DNA from: a virus
DNA: 64,000 bases
IMG/VR virus record: IMGVR_UViG_3300044511_000013
Span: 1-64,000 of that record
Direction: 5' to 3' (one strand)
The position numbers and the translations under genes were made by a program. A model generated the notes under the pieces. That model was not told the DNA's origin. It did not search any database and was given only the letters and a program-made list of their open reading frames with translations. Position 1 is the first letter of the stretch, and every line of letters begins with the position of its first letter. Shown here piece by piece: positions 1-9,749 of the stretch.

Positions 1-319
1 ACAAGTAACACCGAGAATTCGGAAACATTCCTCCCGCTGCCCTTGGGCTAGAGGTAACCGGCCGGAGCGGATAGCGCAGGCCGGAACCTTAAGTGATCTG
101 TGTAGGGGGGGGTTGCAAGGGGGGGATCGGAGCGATCGGGGAGCCTAATCACACCCTCCAAATCGAGTGCAAGCCCAGGTCAACATACGAAGCGCAATTC
201 CTGTATTGCCTGGTCCTTGTGGTGATCGCTCAACCGGCGTACAGTGCGGCTTCCCGTGGTGCGAACACCACCACGGCGACAACCGAACCGCACCCCCGAC
301 GAAGGGCCTCTCTGTGTCT

Positions 320-1591
320 GTGCACCCCGAACTTGCCTTGATCTCTGCCGTCCTCCGTACGAAAGACGTGTTCACCGCCATCGAGAAGGGGGTGACCGAT
401 CAGGTGATGCTCGACTTCACCGACGAGTGGCGTTGGATCACGAGTTACGCCGCCAGCCACGGTCGCTGTCCCGACAAGTTGACCTTCAGGACCAAGTGGC
501 CCGGCGTCACCATCAAGAACGTGGACGACGTGGGCCACTGGTCCGAGGAGGTGATCGCTGCCTGGGTGGTCGACCGCACCAGCACGGCCATGGAGCACAC
601 GCTCGATGAGCTGACCGCAGGCCGCAACCCCAGCGTGGTCGTAGACGAACTCCAGCGCCAGCTCGTGACCATCCGGGCCGTCACCGACCGAGCCTGTGAC
701 CACGAGGTGATCGCCACCGTCAACGGCGCACTGACCGAGGTCACCCAGCGAGCTGAACGTCGTCGTGAGCGTGGTCTGCCGGGTGTGCCGACGGGCTGGC
801 CCACGCTCGACACGGCACTCGGCGGTTGGCTGCCGGGCTGTATCTACGTGGTCGGGGCTCGTCCCGGCGTCGGCAAGTCCTGGTTGCTCGTCAAGTCGGC
901 TGCGCAGGCCGTCATGGCCGGGCACACCGTGCAGTACAACGCTCTGGAGCAATCAAGCAACCAAATCGCCTTCCGAGCCCACCACTTGCTGGCCGAGATG
1001 ACCGGCCAGAACCTGGTCGAGGCGCATGACCTGATGACCGGCCGAGCTGATCCCGAGGGCTACCGGCTGTTGCTCGACCACCTCAGCTCCGAGGTCCCTG
1101 GACGGCTGTGGGTCAACGACACGACCCGAGGTCGGGTCTCGCCCATGTCGATCGCAGCGCAAATAGAACGCAACCAACCCGATGTGGTGTTCGTGGACTA
1201 CTTGCAACTAATGGACCTGACCCGAGACTGGCAGGCCCTCGGTGCCGTCGTCGGTGAGCTGAAGCTGATCGCCGAGCGGTACCAGGTGCCGATCGTGGCG
1301 GCGAGCCAGCTCAACCGAGCGCTCGGTACGTCCCGTGAGCCACCCGGTTCCGAGGCGTTCTCGGGCTCGGACTCGATCGGTCAGGACGCCGACGGCCTCG
1401 TGACGCTGACCAAGTGGTCCCGCCGCACGCTGAAACTCAGGCTCGCCAAGCACCGCCACGGTCCCGACGGCCACCGCTGGTGGGCTGCCTTCGAGCTGAC
1501 CAAGGGGCGCATCGCCGAAATCACTGCCGATGAGGCCCAGCGCCTGGTCGATGCTGACCGTGACGACGATGACGAAGTGGAGGTGTCCTGA
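320..1591 (+). CDS. dnaB: DnaB-like replicative DNA helicase
   Basis: Walker A GARPGVGKS, Walker B VVFVDYLQL, ASQLNR, SDSIGQDAD, KHRHG. Start moved to GTG 320 (purine-rich GAAGGG upstream); the ORF is open from 167. Confidence 0.9.
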   Translation: MHPELALISAVLRTKDVFTAIEKGVTDQVMLDFTDEWRWITSYAASHGRCPDKLTFRTKWPGVTIKNVDDVGHWSEEVIAAWVVDRTSTAMEHTLDELTAGRNPSVVVDELQRQLVTIRAVTDRACDHEVIATVNGALTEVTQRAERRRERGLPGVPTGWPTLDTALGGWLPGCIYVVGARPGVGKSWLLVKSAAQAVMAGHTVQYNALEQSSNQIAFRAHHLLAEMTGQNLVEAHDLMTGRADPEGYRLLLDHLSSEVPGRLWVNDTTRGRVSPMSIAAQIERNQPDVVFVDYLQLMDLTRDWQALGAVVGELKLIAERYQVPIVAASQLNRALGTSREPPGSEAFSGSDSIGQDADGLVTLTKWSRRTLKLRLAKHRHGPDGHRWWAAFELTKGRIAEITADEAQRLVDADRDDDDEVEVS

Positions 1592-1992
1592 TGAGCATTC
1601 TCGACGACGACTGCTACGACAAGGACGGCAACCCGATCACGTACGCCGAGTATCACCGGCTGCGCTGGCTGGACTACGAGCCCGGCTCCTCCGAGGGCTA
1701 CTACCGGGTCGCACTCACGTGCTTCCCCGACGGTACGGATCGCAAGACCGCCGATTGGTGGGTGAGCACGGTGTGGCTCGGCCTCGACCACAGCTTCGGC
1801 ATCGGGCGGAGGAAGCCGCTGATCTTCGAGACGAAGGTCTTCGGTAAGGGAGTGCCCGATGGCCTTGATGACCCGATGTGGCGCTACACCACGCTCGATG
1901 AGGCCATCCAAGGGCATCAGGATGTCGTCAGCCTCGTCCAGGCCACGCTGGAGGCATCAGAGGTCCGTAGCAAGCTCCCGGAGCCCTCGTGA
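1591..1992 (+). CDS. conserved phage hypothetical protein
   Basis: Overlaps helicase stop and primase start; VSTVWLGLDHSFG..PLIFETKVFG..EAIQGH pattern is typical of a phage hypothetical family. Confidence 0.7.
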   Translation: MSILDDDCYDKDGNPITYAEYHRLRWLDYEPGSSEGYYRVALTCFPDGTDRKTADWWVSTVWLGLDHSFGIGRRKPLIFETKVFGKGVPDGLDDPMWRYTTLDEAIQGHQDVVSLVQATLEASEVRSKLPEPS

Positions 1993-2864
1993 ACTTCCCC
2001 GACTGGGTGTCGAGTCACCTCGAAGTGAGCGCCCGCCAGGAGGACGGCGAGTGGACCGTGCGCTGCCCGTGGCACGGCGGGGTGTCGATGCGGGTCAACG
2101 TGCACAAGGGGCTGTTCCTGTGCAACGGCTGCGGGGTCAGCGGCAACCACAAGGTGCTGGTGCAGTCATTCGGGTCCGAGATGGCCGTGCTGAATCGTGC
2201 CGAGGCACTCAAGGCCAAGCTCGGCAACCTTCACAGCCACGAAACCATCCGGGTCTACCCGAAGTCGTGGCTGGCCCGGTTCGCATCCGGCAAGCCCCAC
2301 GAGTACTGGTCCGAGCGTGGTCTCTCCGACGAGATTGTGGCCGAGCACATGCTCGGCTGTGATCCCGCCACCAACAGCATGACGATCCCGCTCTGGCACC
2401 TCAACGGCAACCCCATCGGGGTGATCCGGCGTCGCCTCGATCCCGAGGCCAAGCCCAAGTACCTGTACCCGAGCGGCTTCAAGCTCCGCACCCACGTGTG
2501 GAACCTCCACCGCCACCTCGCCTCGAAGCAGGTCGCCCTTGTCGAGGGGTCGCTCGATGCCGTGGCCATGGAGGATGCCGGGGTCCCTGCGATCGCTCTG
2601 CTGGGCTCTCGGCTCTCCGATCTCCAGGCCAAGGCGATCCGTCAGTCGGGCATCACCGAGGTGGTGATCTGCACCGACTGCGATGCCGCTGGCGAGAAGG
2701 TCATGGCCGACGTGGGAATGCTCGGCCGCATCAAGGTGTCGGTCGGTCTGTACGGCGACTGGAAGGGCAACGACCCCGGCAGCCTGACTCCCGACGAACG
2801 GATGCAGCTGTTCTTGGACCGGCTCCCGCTGCGCATGTACCTCTCCTCCGTCTCGGGGGAATAG
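1989..2864 (+). CDS. DNA primase (CHC2 zinc finger + Toprim)
   Basis: CPWH..CNGC zinc finger, PKYLYP, LVEGSLDA, DCDAAG Toprim DxD; next to helicase. Confidence 0.9.
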   Translation: MNFPDWVSSHLEVSARQEDGEWTVRCPWHGGVSMRVNVHKGLFLCNGCGVSGNHKVLVQSFGSEMAVLNRAEALKAKLGNLHSHETIRVYPKSWLARFASGKPHEYWSERGLSDEIVAEHMLGCDPATNSMTIPLWHLNGNPIGVIRRRLDPEAKPKYLYPSGFKLRTHVWNLHRHLASKQVALVEGSLDAVAMEDAGVPAIALLGSRLSDLQAKAIRQSGITEVVICTDCDAAGEKVMADVGMLGRIKVSVGLYGDWKGNDPGSLTPDERMQLFLDRLPLRMYLSSVSGE

Positions 2865-2890
2865 ACAGGCCCCCGTCGAGGTTGTACACT
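2862..2890 (+). promoter_or_regulatory. sigma70/SigA-like promoter
   Basis: TAGACA-N17-TACACT, then RBS AGGAAGGGGG and ATG at 2915. Confidence 0.6.
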
Positions 2891-2914
2891 ATGCCACGAC
2901 AGGAAGGGGGCGAC

Positions 2915-3565
2915 ATGGCCAAGCCGATGAGCGACAAGCAGGAAGCCTTCCTGCGCAAGCTGGCCAGCGAGCGTCTGGCACCCGGCACTGACCGCTCGAT
3001 CGTAGAGGCGAACGGTGCCGAGTGGCTGGAGCGGATGCTCGGGCAGCTCAACATCGTCAGCGCTTCTCCCATCATCGACGCATGGCTCAAGCTGCCGAAG
3101 GTGGTCAAGACGAAGCCGGTCCACGTTCCGCTTGACCTCGATGACATCCCGCTGGGGATGCACGTCGGGATGGACGGCGAGTTCTACAAGGTCGGCAAGA
3201 CCCGTAAGGGCCACGTCGTCGCCAAGCGTCTCGACCCGAGGCTCGTCGCCTCGACGGGCAACAAGCGTGGAGCCTTCCTGTACGTCGGACAGACTCCGTT
3301 CCGCAGCAAGATCATCACCGTCGACACCGTGATGACGGCGGCGCAGGCGGCTCAGTTCGGTGGGACGTGGGGGTTCTGCGTCAACTGTGCGGCCCAGCTC
3401 GATGACCCTCGCAGCGTGGCAGCGGGCTACGGCCCGGTCTGCGCTCGCAACAACGGCTGGCCGTGGGGGAACCAGAAGACGACTCGCCGCAAGGCGGCGG
3501 GCGACCAGGTGACTCGCCGCACGGCAGCCCCCAATGCAGTGATCATCAGCAACGTGATGCAGTGA
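2915..3565 (+). CDS. DUF6011-like zinc-finger protein
   Basis: N-terminal SDKQEAFLRKL; C-terminal CVNCAAQLDDPRSVAAGYGPVC; strong RBS. Confidence 0.75.
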   Translation: MAKPMSDKQEAFLRKLASERLAPGTDRSIVEANGAEWLERMLGQLNIVSASPIIDAWLKLPKVVKTKPVHVPLDLDDIPLGMHVGMDGEFYKVGKTRKGHVVAKRLDPRLVASTGNKRGAFLYVGQTPFRSKIITVDTVMTAAQAAQFGGTWGFCVNCAAQLDDPRSVAAGYGPVCARNNGWPWGNQKTTRRKAAGDQVTRRTAAPNAVIISNVMQ

Positions 3566-3583
3566 TCCAAGGAAGGAGGCACC

Positions 3584-3865
3584 ATGCTCAGCGACAAACG
3601 CCAGCACGTGGTGATCGTGTTGACAGGCAGCCGAGCGAGCCCCGGCCGTTCGGAGCGCTACCTGTTCGGCCCGATGCCGGAACTGCACGCCGTGCTGTTG
3701 GCGCAGATGACCGAACTCTCCTGGAAGAAGAAATACTCGCACCAGGACCGCTGGGTGGCCGCTGTGGCCGTCCCGGTCGAAGACGGCAACCTCTCGGCGA
3801 GGGACGTGCTGGCCCACGTCGGCATTGACATCACTGACGTGAAGAAGAAGGAGGAGACGGTATGA
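3584..3865 (+). CDS. hypothetical protein
   Basis: RBS GGAGG; coupled to next ORF. Confidence 0.6.
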   Translation: MLSDKRQHVVIVLTGSRASPGRSERYLFGPMPELHAVLLAQMTELSWKKKYSHQDRWVAAVAVPVEDGNLSARDVLAHVGIDITDVKKKEETV

Positions 3866-4083
3866 CCGTGCACCCCGATGACCGCTGGCTGGTCACGATC
3901 GGATACGGCACCGACCCGCCGTTCAGCCACGAACGGGTGATGGTCGAGACCGAGGCCGACGCCATGCGGCTGGCCAAGGAAGCGATCGACCGCTCGGGCG
4001 TTGCCTGGGCCTGGGTCGACTGGGTTCCGGGCTACGAGCTGGAACAACCGTACGAGCAATTGGTGTTGGCTGTCCAAGTGTGA
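3862..4083 (+). CDS. hypothetical protein
   Basis: ATGA overlap with previous ORF; RBS GGAGGAG. Confidence 0.6.
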   Translation: MTVHPDDRWLVTIGYGTDPPFSHERVMVETEADAMRLAKEAIDRSGVAWAWVDWVPGYELEQPYEQLVLAVQV

Positions 4084-4117
4084 TAGGCTAGCTACGCCGC
4101 TACAGGAAGGGGCCAAC

Positions 4118-4876
4118 ATGAGTTTCTTGCGAACGCAAGGTGAGTTCGGGGCGATCGTTGACTATCTCCGGTCCCTCGGGCCGAGGGAACACCGGGGGCT
4201 GATCTGGTCTCACGGCGAACCCCTCATCACCAACGTCATCGGGTACTTGACGGGGGTGGACACAGAGCCGAGGCCACGAAGCGGAAAGACCCGTGCCGAC
4301 GTGGCCATGCAACAGCACATCGCCTACCTGATGTCCGAAGGCCAGCGTCAAGGGCACTTCGAGGTCGTCAAACCCACCAAGAAGTCGGCCATCCAAATCC
4401 TTCGGCTGCCGGGTGCCACCGAGCCCATCTCGGTGACCCAAGCGCTCGCCCGAAAGCGATCGTTGGAGCGCTACGAGGCCGAGCCCGAACCCGAAGTCAA
4501 GGAGGCCGTCGGCCCGCTGATCCCGGTGAGCTTCACGTTCCGTGACCCCGGTCCCGAGGACGCCGAGTGGATGGCCGAGCTTCAGCCGGAACCCGAGGTC
4601 TCGGACGACTCGCCCATCGACTACCGCAAGCTGGCCGATGAGTTGCTGATGCAAGTCCTCGGGATCGTGGCGGCAGACGGCGGTCAGGCCGAAGCCTTCC
4701 GCCAGCTTCGACTCGACCACGAACAGCTCCTCGGCGAGCGAGCTGAACTGGAGCGCAACTTCGAGCGGGCTCTCGCCGAGATTCGCCGACTCAAGGCATC
4801 TGGCAAGACGGTCGGTGACCGCATCTCGCCCGAGCAACTGGCTGCGCTCAAGGGCGTGGTCGACCGCACCACCTAG
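4118..4876 (+). CDS. hypothetical protein with C-terminal coiled coil
   Basis: RBS AGGAAGGGG before ATG 4118; heptad-like C-terminus. Confidence 0.65.
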   Translation: MSFLRTQGEFGAIVDYLRSLGPREHRGLIWSHGEPLITNVIGYLTGVDTEPRPRSGKTRADVAMQQHIAYLMSEGQRQGHFEVVKPTKKSAIQILRLPGATEPISVTQALARKRSLERYEAEPEPEVKEAVGPLIPVSFTFRDPGPEDAEWMAELQPEPEVSDDSPIDYRKLADELLMQVLGIVAADGGQAEAFRQLRLDHEQLLGERAELERNFERALAEIRRLKASGKTVGDRISPEQLAALKGVVDRTT

Positions 4877-4878
4877 CT

Positions 4879-4931
4879 CTCCCTCCCCGAGGGAGTGAGG
4901 CCCCCGGTCTTGGGTTCTGGCCGGGGGCCTC
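4879..4931. terminator. tandem hairpins at the convergence of + and - gene blocks
   Basis: Short CTCCCTC/GAGGGAG hairpin, then GAGGCCCCCGG..CCGGGGGCCTC inverted repeat; no clear U-tract. Confidence 0.5.
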
Positions 4932-5301
4932 GCCATGTCCTCAGACGCCCGTAGAGGCCCCTCTGAGCGCCGCTAGGGGTCTCTCCGGTATCTGGTACCG
5001 GAAGGGGGTCTGCGGGGCTAATGCAACGGATTTGCTGGTCTTCGGGGGCAGCTCCGCAGGAAGGGGGTGCGGAACTACCCCCGAAGCCTCGGTGGCCCCT
5101 ACTCGTCCGAGGGCCGATTCCCAATCGGCGTCTTATTGGCCAGCACCGAGAGCACAACGGCGAGCGCCGGTGCTCCTACTGCCCACCCGGCGTCTTCCAT
5201 CGCATCGAGGACCTGTGTCCCGATTGCGACGAGCGCAGCCAGTGCGGCGATTACCATGCGGAAATTCCGGCCGACTGATGCGTCGAGTACCCAGCGAGGG
5301 T

Positions 5302-5658
5302 TCATTTGCTTGCTCCTTGGTAGGGAACGGCGTGCCCAGCGTCCAGCAGCGCCTGACCGAGCGAGGCTGGCGGGGTCGTGTTGCGGTCCCTGACCTCGGC
5401 GAGCCAACGCCCGTACTTGTCCCTTCCGATGCACCACACGACGATGCTGTCCTCGTGGGTGAGCAACCAGTCCTTGGTGAAGCCGGTGGCGTCGACGTAG
5501 CCGTCCTCGCCCCGCTCCGGTGTGTTGACGTAGAGCACCCGGAACCGCTCGGTGATCGTGAGCCGGAAACCGATGTCGATGGTCGCCTCGATCGTGTCCC
5601 CGTCGATGGCCTTGGCCGAGAAGACCGGGAACTCCCGTGGCGTGAACTTGACGGTCAT
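5302..5658 (-). CDS. thermonuclease (SNase-like) family protein
   Basis: IDGDTI, RFRVLYVNTPE, DKYGRWLA, LLDAGHA motifs. Confidence 0.85.
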   Translation of the reverse strand: MTVKFTPREFPVFSAKAIDGDTIEATIDIGFRLTITERFRVLYVNTPERGEDGYVDATGFTKDWLLTHEDSIVVWCIGRDKYGRWLAEVRDRNTTPPASLGQALLDAGHAVPYQGASK

Positions 5659-5747
5659 GGCTCCCCCGTGAGCCAAACCAACCAGATCAGGACGCACAGC
5701 ACCACTGCCACACACCACCCGAGGCGCACGAGTTGGCGCTCGCTCAC
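5655..5747 (-). CDS. 30-aa single-TM peptide (below ORF track cutoff)
   Basis: Translates MSERQLVRLGWCVAVVLCVLIWLVWLTGEP*; GTGA and ATGA overlaps with both neighbours. Confidence 0.6.
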   Translation of the reverse strand: MSERQLVRLGWCVAVVLCVLIWLVWLTGEP

Positions 5748-6112
5748 GGGGCCAGCCCTTCCTCAAGCTGTTGCTGGATGTTGCTCAGGTGCAACTCGAT
5801 CTTGGCGAACTGTTCCCGGTCCTCGGAGATGTGCTGCGTGACGGTGCTGAACACCTCCGTCTGCGTCTCGGCCATCTTCTTGGTCCGGTCCACCAGGCTC
5901 TCCCCGCCGTTCCCCGTCTCGAACTCCTTGACCACCTGTTCGAGCTTGGGTGCCAGGTCGGCGAGCTGATCGAGGGTGTGGGCCGTCCGACCCATTGCCA
6001 CCAGGCCCTTGCCGAACGGCATGATGATCTTTTTCACGATGACACCGATGGCCGTGAGCGAAGCGGCGATCGCCGTGATGATCGCAGCGAAGTGGACAAT
6101 GGGTTCCTCCAC
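5744..6112 (-). CDS. membrane protein, putative holin or lysis accessory
   Basis: N-terminal hydrophobic helix plus coiled coil, directly downstream of endolysin. Confidence 0.55.
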   Translation of the reverse strand: MEEPIVHFAAIITAIAASLTAIGVIVKKIIMPFGKGLVAMGRTAHTLDQLADLAPKLEQVVKEFETGNGGESLVDRTKKMAETQTEVFSTVTQHISEDREQFAKIELHLSNIQQQLEEGLAP

Positions 6113-6140
6113 GTCGGTTCCTTCCGGCCACCACGGGCCA

Positions 6141-7034
6141 TTACGCAAACCTCAGTCCTTGGGTGCGCTTGCCGCCCTTCTCGGCAGCGAGGAACACGTT
6201 CGTGGCGGTCGGGTGGGGACCGATGGCCTCGGCCTCGAACGGCAGCACGACTTCCCTACCCGGTGTGCCGGTGGCCCCGAGGCGGATCATCGCCCCGTTG
6301 ACGCCCCGCACCGTGCGGTTGTCGGGCAGCAGCCTGGCGAACATGCCGGTGGCCGGGTTGGTACCGATGTCGGGATGCCAGACGATGCGCATGGCATGAA
6401 CCTCCTGAGCTGATCCGGGGAGGTGCGATGCCACCTCGTTGATGAACCACGTCCACGGGAAGTTGGGACCTGGGTCCCAGTGGCCCTCGTTGGGCAGGCC
6501 GAGGCGCTGGGCAGCGAGGGTCACGTCGATGTGACCGAGGAGCCCGCCTTGGCGCTTCACGTCGAAGGACGCAGAGGTCCTGGAGAGCACGTAGTCGTCG
6601 ACACTGGCCCGACGCACCGGGATGCCGGTCACGAGGCTCAGAGCGGCGTACAGCGGCGCTGACTGGGTGGTCAGCATCTTCTTGCTGAACGGGTCCAACC
6701 AGTCCGCACTGGTCTGCGCCGCCCGACCGGTGTGCTCCACCCCGACCGTGTTCCGGTTGCCCGAGGCGCAGTGGTAGGCGGTGTCCGTGATGTGCACGCA
6801 CGATCTGGTCGAGTCGTCATCGACCCCGAAGTTGACCGAGCTGATCCGGTCCCAAGTGGCCGTGGCCGCCTGCCATTGCTCGGCCATCATGCTGTGTTCA
6901 CTCGACTCCATCGAGTGGACCACGGCGAACTGCACCGGCATAAGCCGCCCGACCCGGTAGTGCGCAGCCTGGCGGTATGGGATGGCGTCGAGATACGCCT
7001 TGGCCTCGGTCACGTCAGCGAACACAGGCCCCAA
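6141..7034 (-). CDS. endolysin, N-acetylmuramoyl-L-alanine amidase (Amidase_2-like)
   Basis: VVHSME, TAYHC, VGVEH, GHIDV, HWDPGPNFPW zinc-amidase motifs. Confidence 0.88.
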   Translation of the reverse strand: MGPVFADVTEAKAYLDAIPYRQAAHYRVGRLMPVQFAVVHSMESSEHSMMAEQWQAATATWDRISSVNFGVDDDSTRSCVHITDTAYHCASGNRNTVGVEHTGRAAQTSADWLDPFSKKMLTTQSAPLYAALSLVTGIPVRRASVDDYVLSRTSASFDVKRQGGLLGHIDVTLAAQRLGLPNEGHWDPGPNFPWTWFINEVASHLPGSAQEVHAMRIVWHPDIGTNPATGMFARLLPDNRTVRGVNGAMIRLGATGTPGREVVLPFEAEAIGPHPTATNVFLAAEKGGKRTQGLRFA

Positions 7035-7065
7035 GGCTAACGGGCTGCCCCTGAGGCTGGTGGCT

Positions 7066-7548
7066 CTAGCCCTTGACCGACCTGACCCGGACCTCGATGG
7101 TGCACTGGCTCACTGGCGCAGCGTTCGCTTTGGTGACCTTGATGGCGAGCGCCTGGTCCTTGCGCAGCGTCAGCGAGTTGAGGATCGGCCCGCCGTAGTA
7201 GCCGTCCCCGCCCAGGTCACGTGGCCCCCAGTACGTGTGCAGCCGTCCCGCTGGCAAGCGGTAAGGGGCATCGCTGCCCTCTTGGGCCACCTCATTCCAC
7301 TGCCACACACCCGGTGCCAAGTCGGCCCAACCGAGCACGAACTCGTTGTCGGCGAAGGCACCGGCCTGGCAGGTGATCGCCACCCACAGGACTTGCGAGC
7401 GCCTCGTCGGCAGCACCGGGGCCTTCCAGCCCTCGGAGAGGGTTGCCTCGGTCCACGAGTACGACACCGAGCTGATCCCCGACTTCTCCTGGGCCTTGAT
7501 GCGTTGCTCGGCGGCGAGGAAGCGACTCTTGAGGGTCTTGGGGTTCAT
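7066..7548 (-). CDS. minor tail or hypothetical virion protein
   Basis: Last ORF of the tail module, overlapping the upstream tail gene. Confidence 0.55.
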   Translation of the reverse strand: MNPKTLKSRFLAAEQRIKAQEKSGISSVSYSWTEATLSEGWKAPVLPTRRSQVLWVAITCQAGAFADNEFVLGWADLAPGVWQWNEVAQEGSDAPYRLPAGRLHTYWGPRDLGGDGYYGGPILNSLTLRKDQALAIKVTKANAAPVSQCTIEVRVRSVKG

Positions 7549-8681
7549 GGGTACAGACTCGTGTCGGCGAGGGTCAGCGAGGCCATCTCGGAGCTGCCTT
7601 GGACCTGAACGGACCAGGAGGTGATCCGGTAGTCACCGAAGCGGGGCACACCCCAGTGGCTCGCATAGTCCCCCAGCTCCAGCCGCAGGACCACGCCGGG
7701 GTCGATCGACGGGATCGGGAAGATCGAGCTGATCGCCATGGACAGGCTCGGTTCGATGATCGGCTGGGAGCGGAACCGGCCCTCACGCAGCGCCATCGAG
7801 GTGAGCGTCCGCTGCACGTCGATGAGGGTACGGGGGATGTAGACCTCACGCAGCGGCCGACCGAGGTTGAACGTCGGTGGGGTGAAGCCGTCGCCCTTGG
7901 GGTACTCGCCCCGGAGTGCGTCTTCGCCAGGTCCCGACCCTTGGACCACGACGTAGGTCCCCGACTCGCTGCCGTCGATCGTCAAGCCGATGTTCTGGAC
8001 CAAGGCCGAGTCGAGCGGTATCTCGAAGGCGGGGTCCCGATTGTTGAGTCGAGGTGATCCGAATGTGGCCTTGCGCCGCTCCCGGTTGTTCTGGTCCCAA
8101 GTGGACCTGATCGTGTACTCGAAGCCGAGGAAGCGGCCGTCCTCGTCGTAGTCCTGGGTGGCGATGGCCTGGATGACCTCTGCGATCGACCGGCCCTCGT
8201 AGGCCAGCAGCTCCCAGTTGTCATCAAGGGTGGCCCCGGAGCGCTGACTCGTGTCGACCTCGATGCGGTAGTTGGCATCCGGGCCATGGTGTGACGGCGA
8301 CTGGGCGTAGGCCAGCACAGTCTGCGCCGCCGTGATCGTGTCGAAGCCGCTGATGTCGAGATCGTGGCGAAAGAAGCGTGCCCCCAGCCACGTGGTCCAG
8401 CTCACGGCGTTGAACTCGGCCATCTGCCGTTGGTAGTCGACCCGTGCGGTTGACACCGGTCCTGCCCACACGATGTCGGTGCCCCGGTCATCGGTGCGCT
8501 CCACCATGAAGACATGGCGGTTCGGTGCCGGGGACATCACCCGCTCCTCGTTGAGCGACATGGCTCCGCTGGCCTGGCCCTCGTCATTCATGCCCCGGCC
8601 GTAGGACACCCCGGCGAGCGGCAGCTCGTCAAGTGTGTCGCCGGTCAGGATGTCCTGGACCAGGTAGCGGTAGGAGACCAT
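7545..8681 (-). CDS. minor tail protein (baseplate hub / Tal-like)
   Basis: YRYLVQDILTG..ELPL..VSY..IVWAGPV pattern of actinophage minor tail proteins; position. Confidence 0.75.
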   Translation of the reverse strand: MVSYRYLVQDILTGDTLDELPLAGVSYGRGMNDEGQASGAMSLNEERVMSPAPNRHVFMVERTDDRGTDIVWAGPVSTARVDYQRQMAEFNAVSWTTWLGARFFRHDLDISGFDTITAAQTVLAYAQSPSHHGPDANYRIEVDTSQRSGATLDDNWELLAYEGRSIAEVIQAIATQDYDEDGRFLGFEYTIRSTWDQNNRERRKATFGSPRLNNRDPAFEIPLDSALVQNIGLTIDGSESGTYVVVQGSGPGEDALRGEYPKGDGFTPPTFNLGRPLREVYIPRTLIDVQRTLTSMALREGRFRSQPIIEPSLSMAISSIFPIPSIDPGVVLRLELGDYASHWGVPRFGDYRITSWSVQVQGSSEMASLTLADTSLYP

Positions 8682-8684
8682 GGC

Positions 8685-9740
8685 TCAGGTCAGACCGAGG
8701 TAGACGCCTTGCATCCGAGCCGAGTTGTAGAACAGCGACGCACTGCTGTTCTGCCACACCGGCATCGAGATTCTCGGGAAGGATGCGCTGATCGAGACGA
8801 TGACCGAGCCCGAGAGCGTGGTCTCGAAGTTGGCGATGCTGGCCACACGCTGGAGCACCCGGTCGGGGGTGCTGCCACCCCACGGCGTGCCGCTGGAGTC
8901 CAGTTCGATCCCGAGCGAGCGAGCCCCGGTGCTGTTCGTGTCGAAGTCGACCGCCCCGGTGATGAGCCACAGCCCGTAGAGGTTCGATGGGACGGTGACG
9001 TACACACCTGACGCCCACATGTTGTCGGTGTCCCAGCCCTCGGACCCCCAGTTGACCTGGGTCCAAATGGCGTTGGCCACCGTGGTCTGCACGCCACGGA
9101 CGACCTCGAAGCTGGCCTGACGGCCCGCCGAGACGAGTTGCCACGTCGTGCCGGTGTGGTAGTAGATGCGGTCGGTATCGGTCTCGTAGCGCAGGTCGGC
9201 CTCGGCCGGGCTCCCCGGCAGCGCCGACGAGGTTGTCGAGGTGATCCCACCGGCCATCTGCCGTCGAGTACGACGCAGGTCCGTGATCGTCAAGGCTCCG
9301 GTGGAATAGCTCTGCGGCACAACCACCGTGGCCAGCGGAATGGACAACGCAGGAGTGGCCGGGGTGCCGCCGCCGACCGATCCTTCGACTCGCACCATCT
9401 GCCACTCGTTGGTGGCCCCGCCTTGGTCGACATCGGCGATCTGGATGACGAACAGGTCAGTGCGTTGGCCCCCGGCGTCGCCCGTGATCGTGGTGGTGCG
9501 AGCTGATGCGTTGACCGCTGCGTAGCCACCCACCGCATCGCTGCCCATGATGACGCAGCCCCCGGCAGCGATGCTGAGAGTCGATGATGTCGCTACTTGG
9601 GTGACCTTGAGCGAGGCTTCGTCGTCCACGAACCTGGTGTTGCCACACACCGCCCGGACCATCTGGCGCAGCGTGGCCGCCGTGTGTGAGTTGGCACCGA
9701 GGAACCACGCAGGTCCCGTCGTCACCGTGGTGTTGGGCAT
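8685..9740 (-). CDS. minor tail protein
   Basis: RTDLFVIQIAD, ITDLR, YETDTDR..W motifs typical of actinophage minor tail proteins. Confidence 0.75.
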   Translation of the reverse strand: MPNTTVTTGPAWFLGANSHTAATLRQMVRAVCGNTRFVDDEASLKVTQVATSSTLSIAAGGCVIMGSDAVGGYAAVNASARTTTITGDAGGQRTDLFVIQIADVDQGGATNEWQMVRVEGSVGGGTPATPALSIPLATVVVPQSYSTGALTITDLRRTRRQMAGGITSTTSSALPGSPAEADLRYETDTDRIYYHTGTTWQLVSAGRQASFEVVRGVQTTVANAIWTQVNWGSEGWDTDNMWASGVYVTVPSNLYGLWLITGAVDFDTNSTGARSLGIELDSSGTPWGGSTPDRVLQRVASIANFETTLSGSVIVSISASFPRISMPVWQNSSASLFYNSARMQGVYLGLT

Positions 9741-9749
9741 GTCGTGCTC

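Noticed and set aside
5021-5278. Cys-rich ORF in the convergence gap
   Set aside because: No convincing RBS or start, and it lies beyond the hairpins; it could be a remnant but is unsupported.
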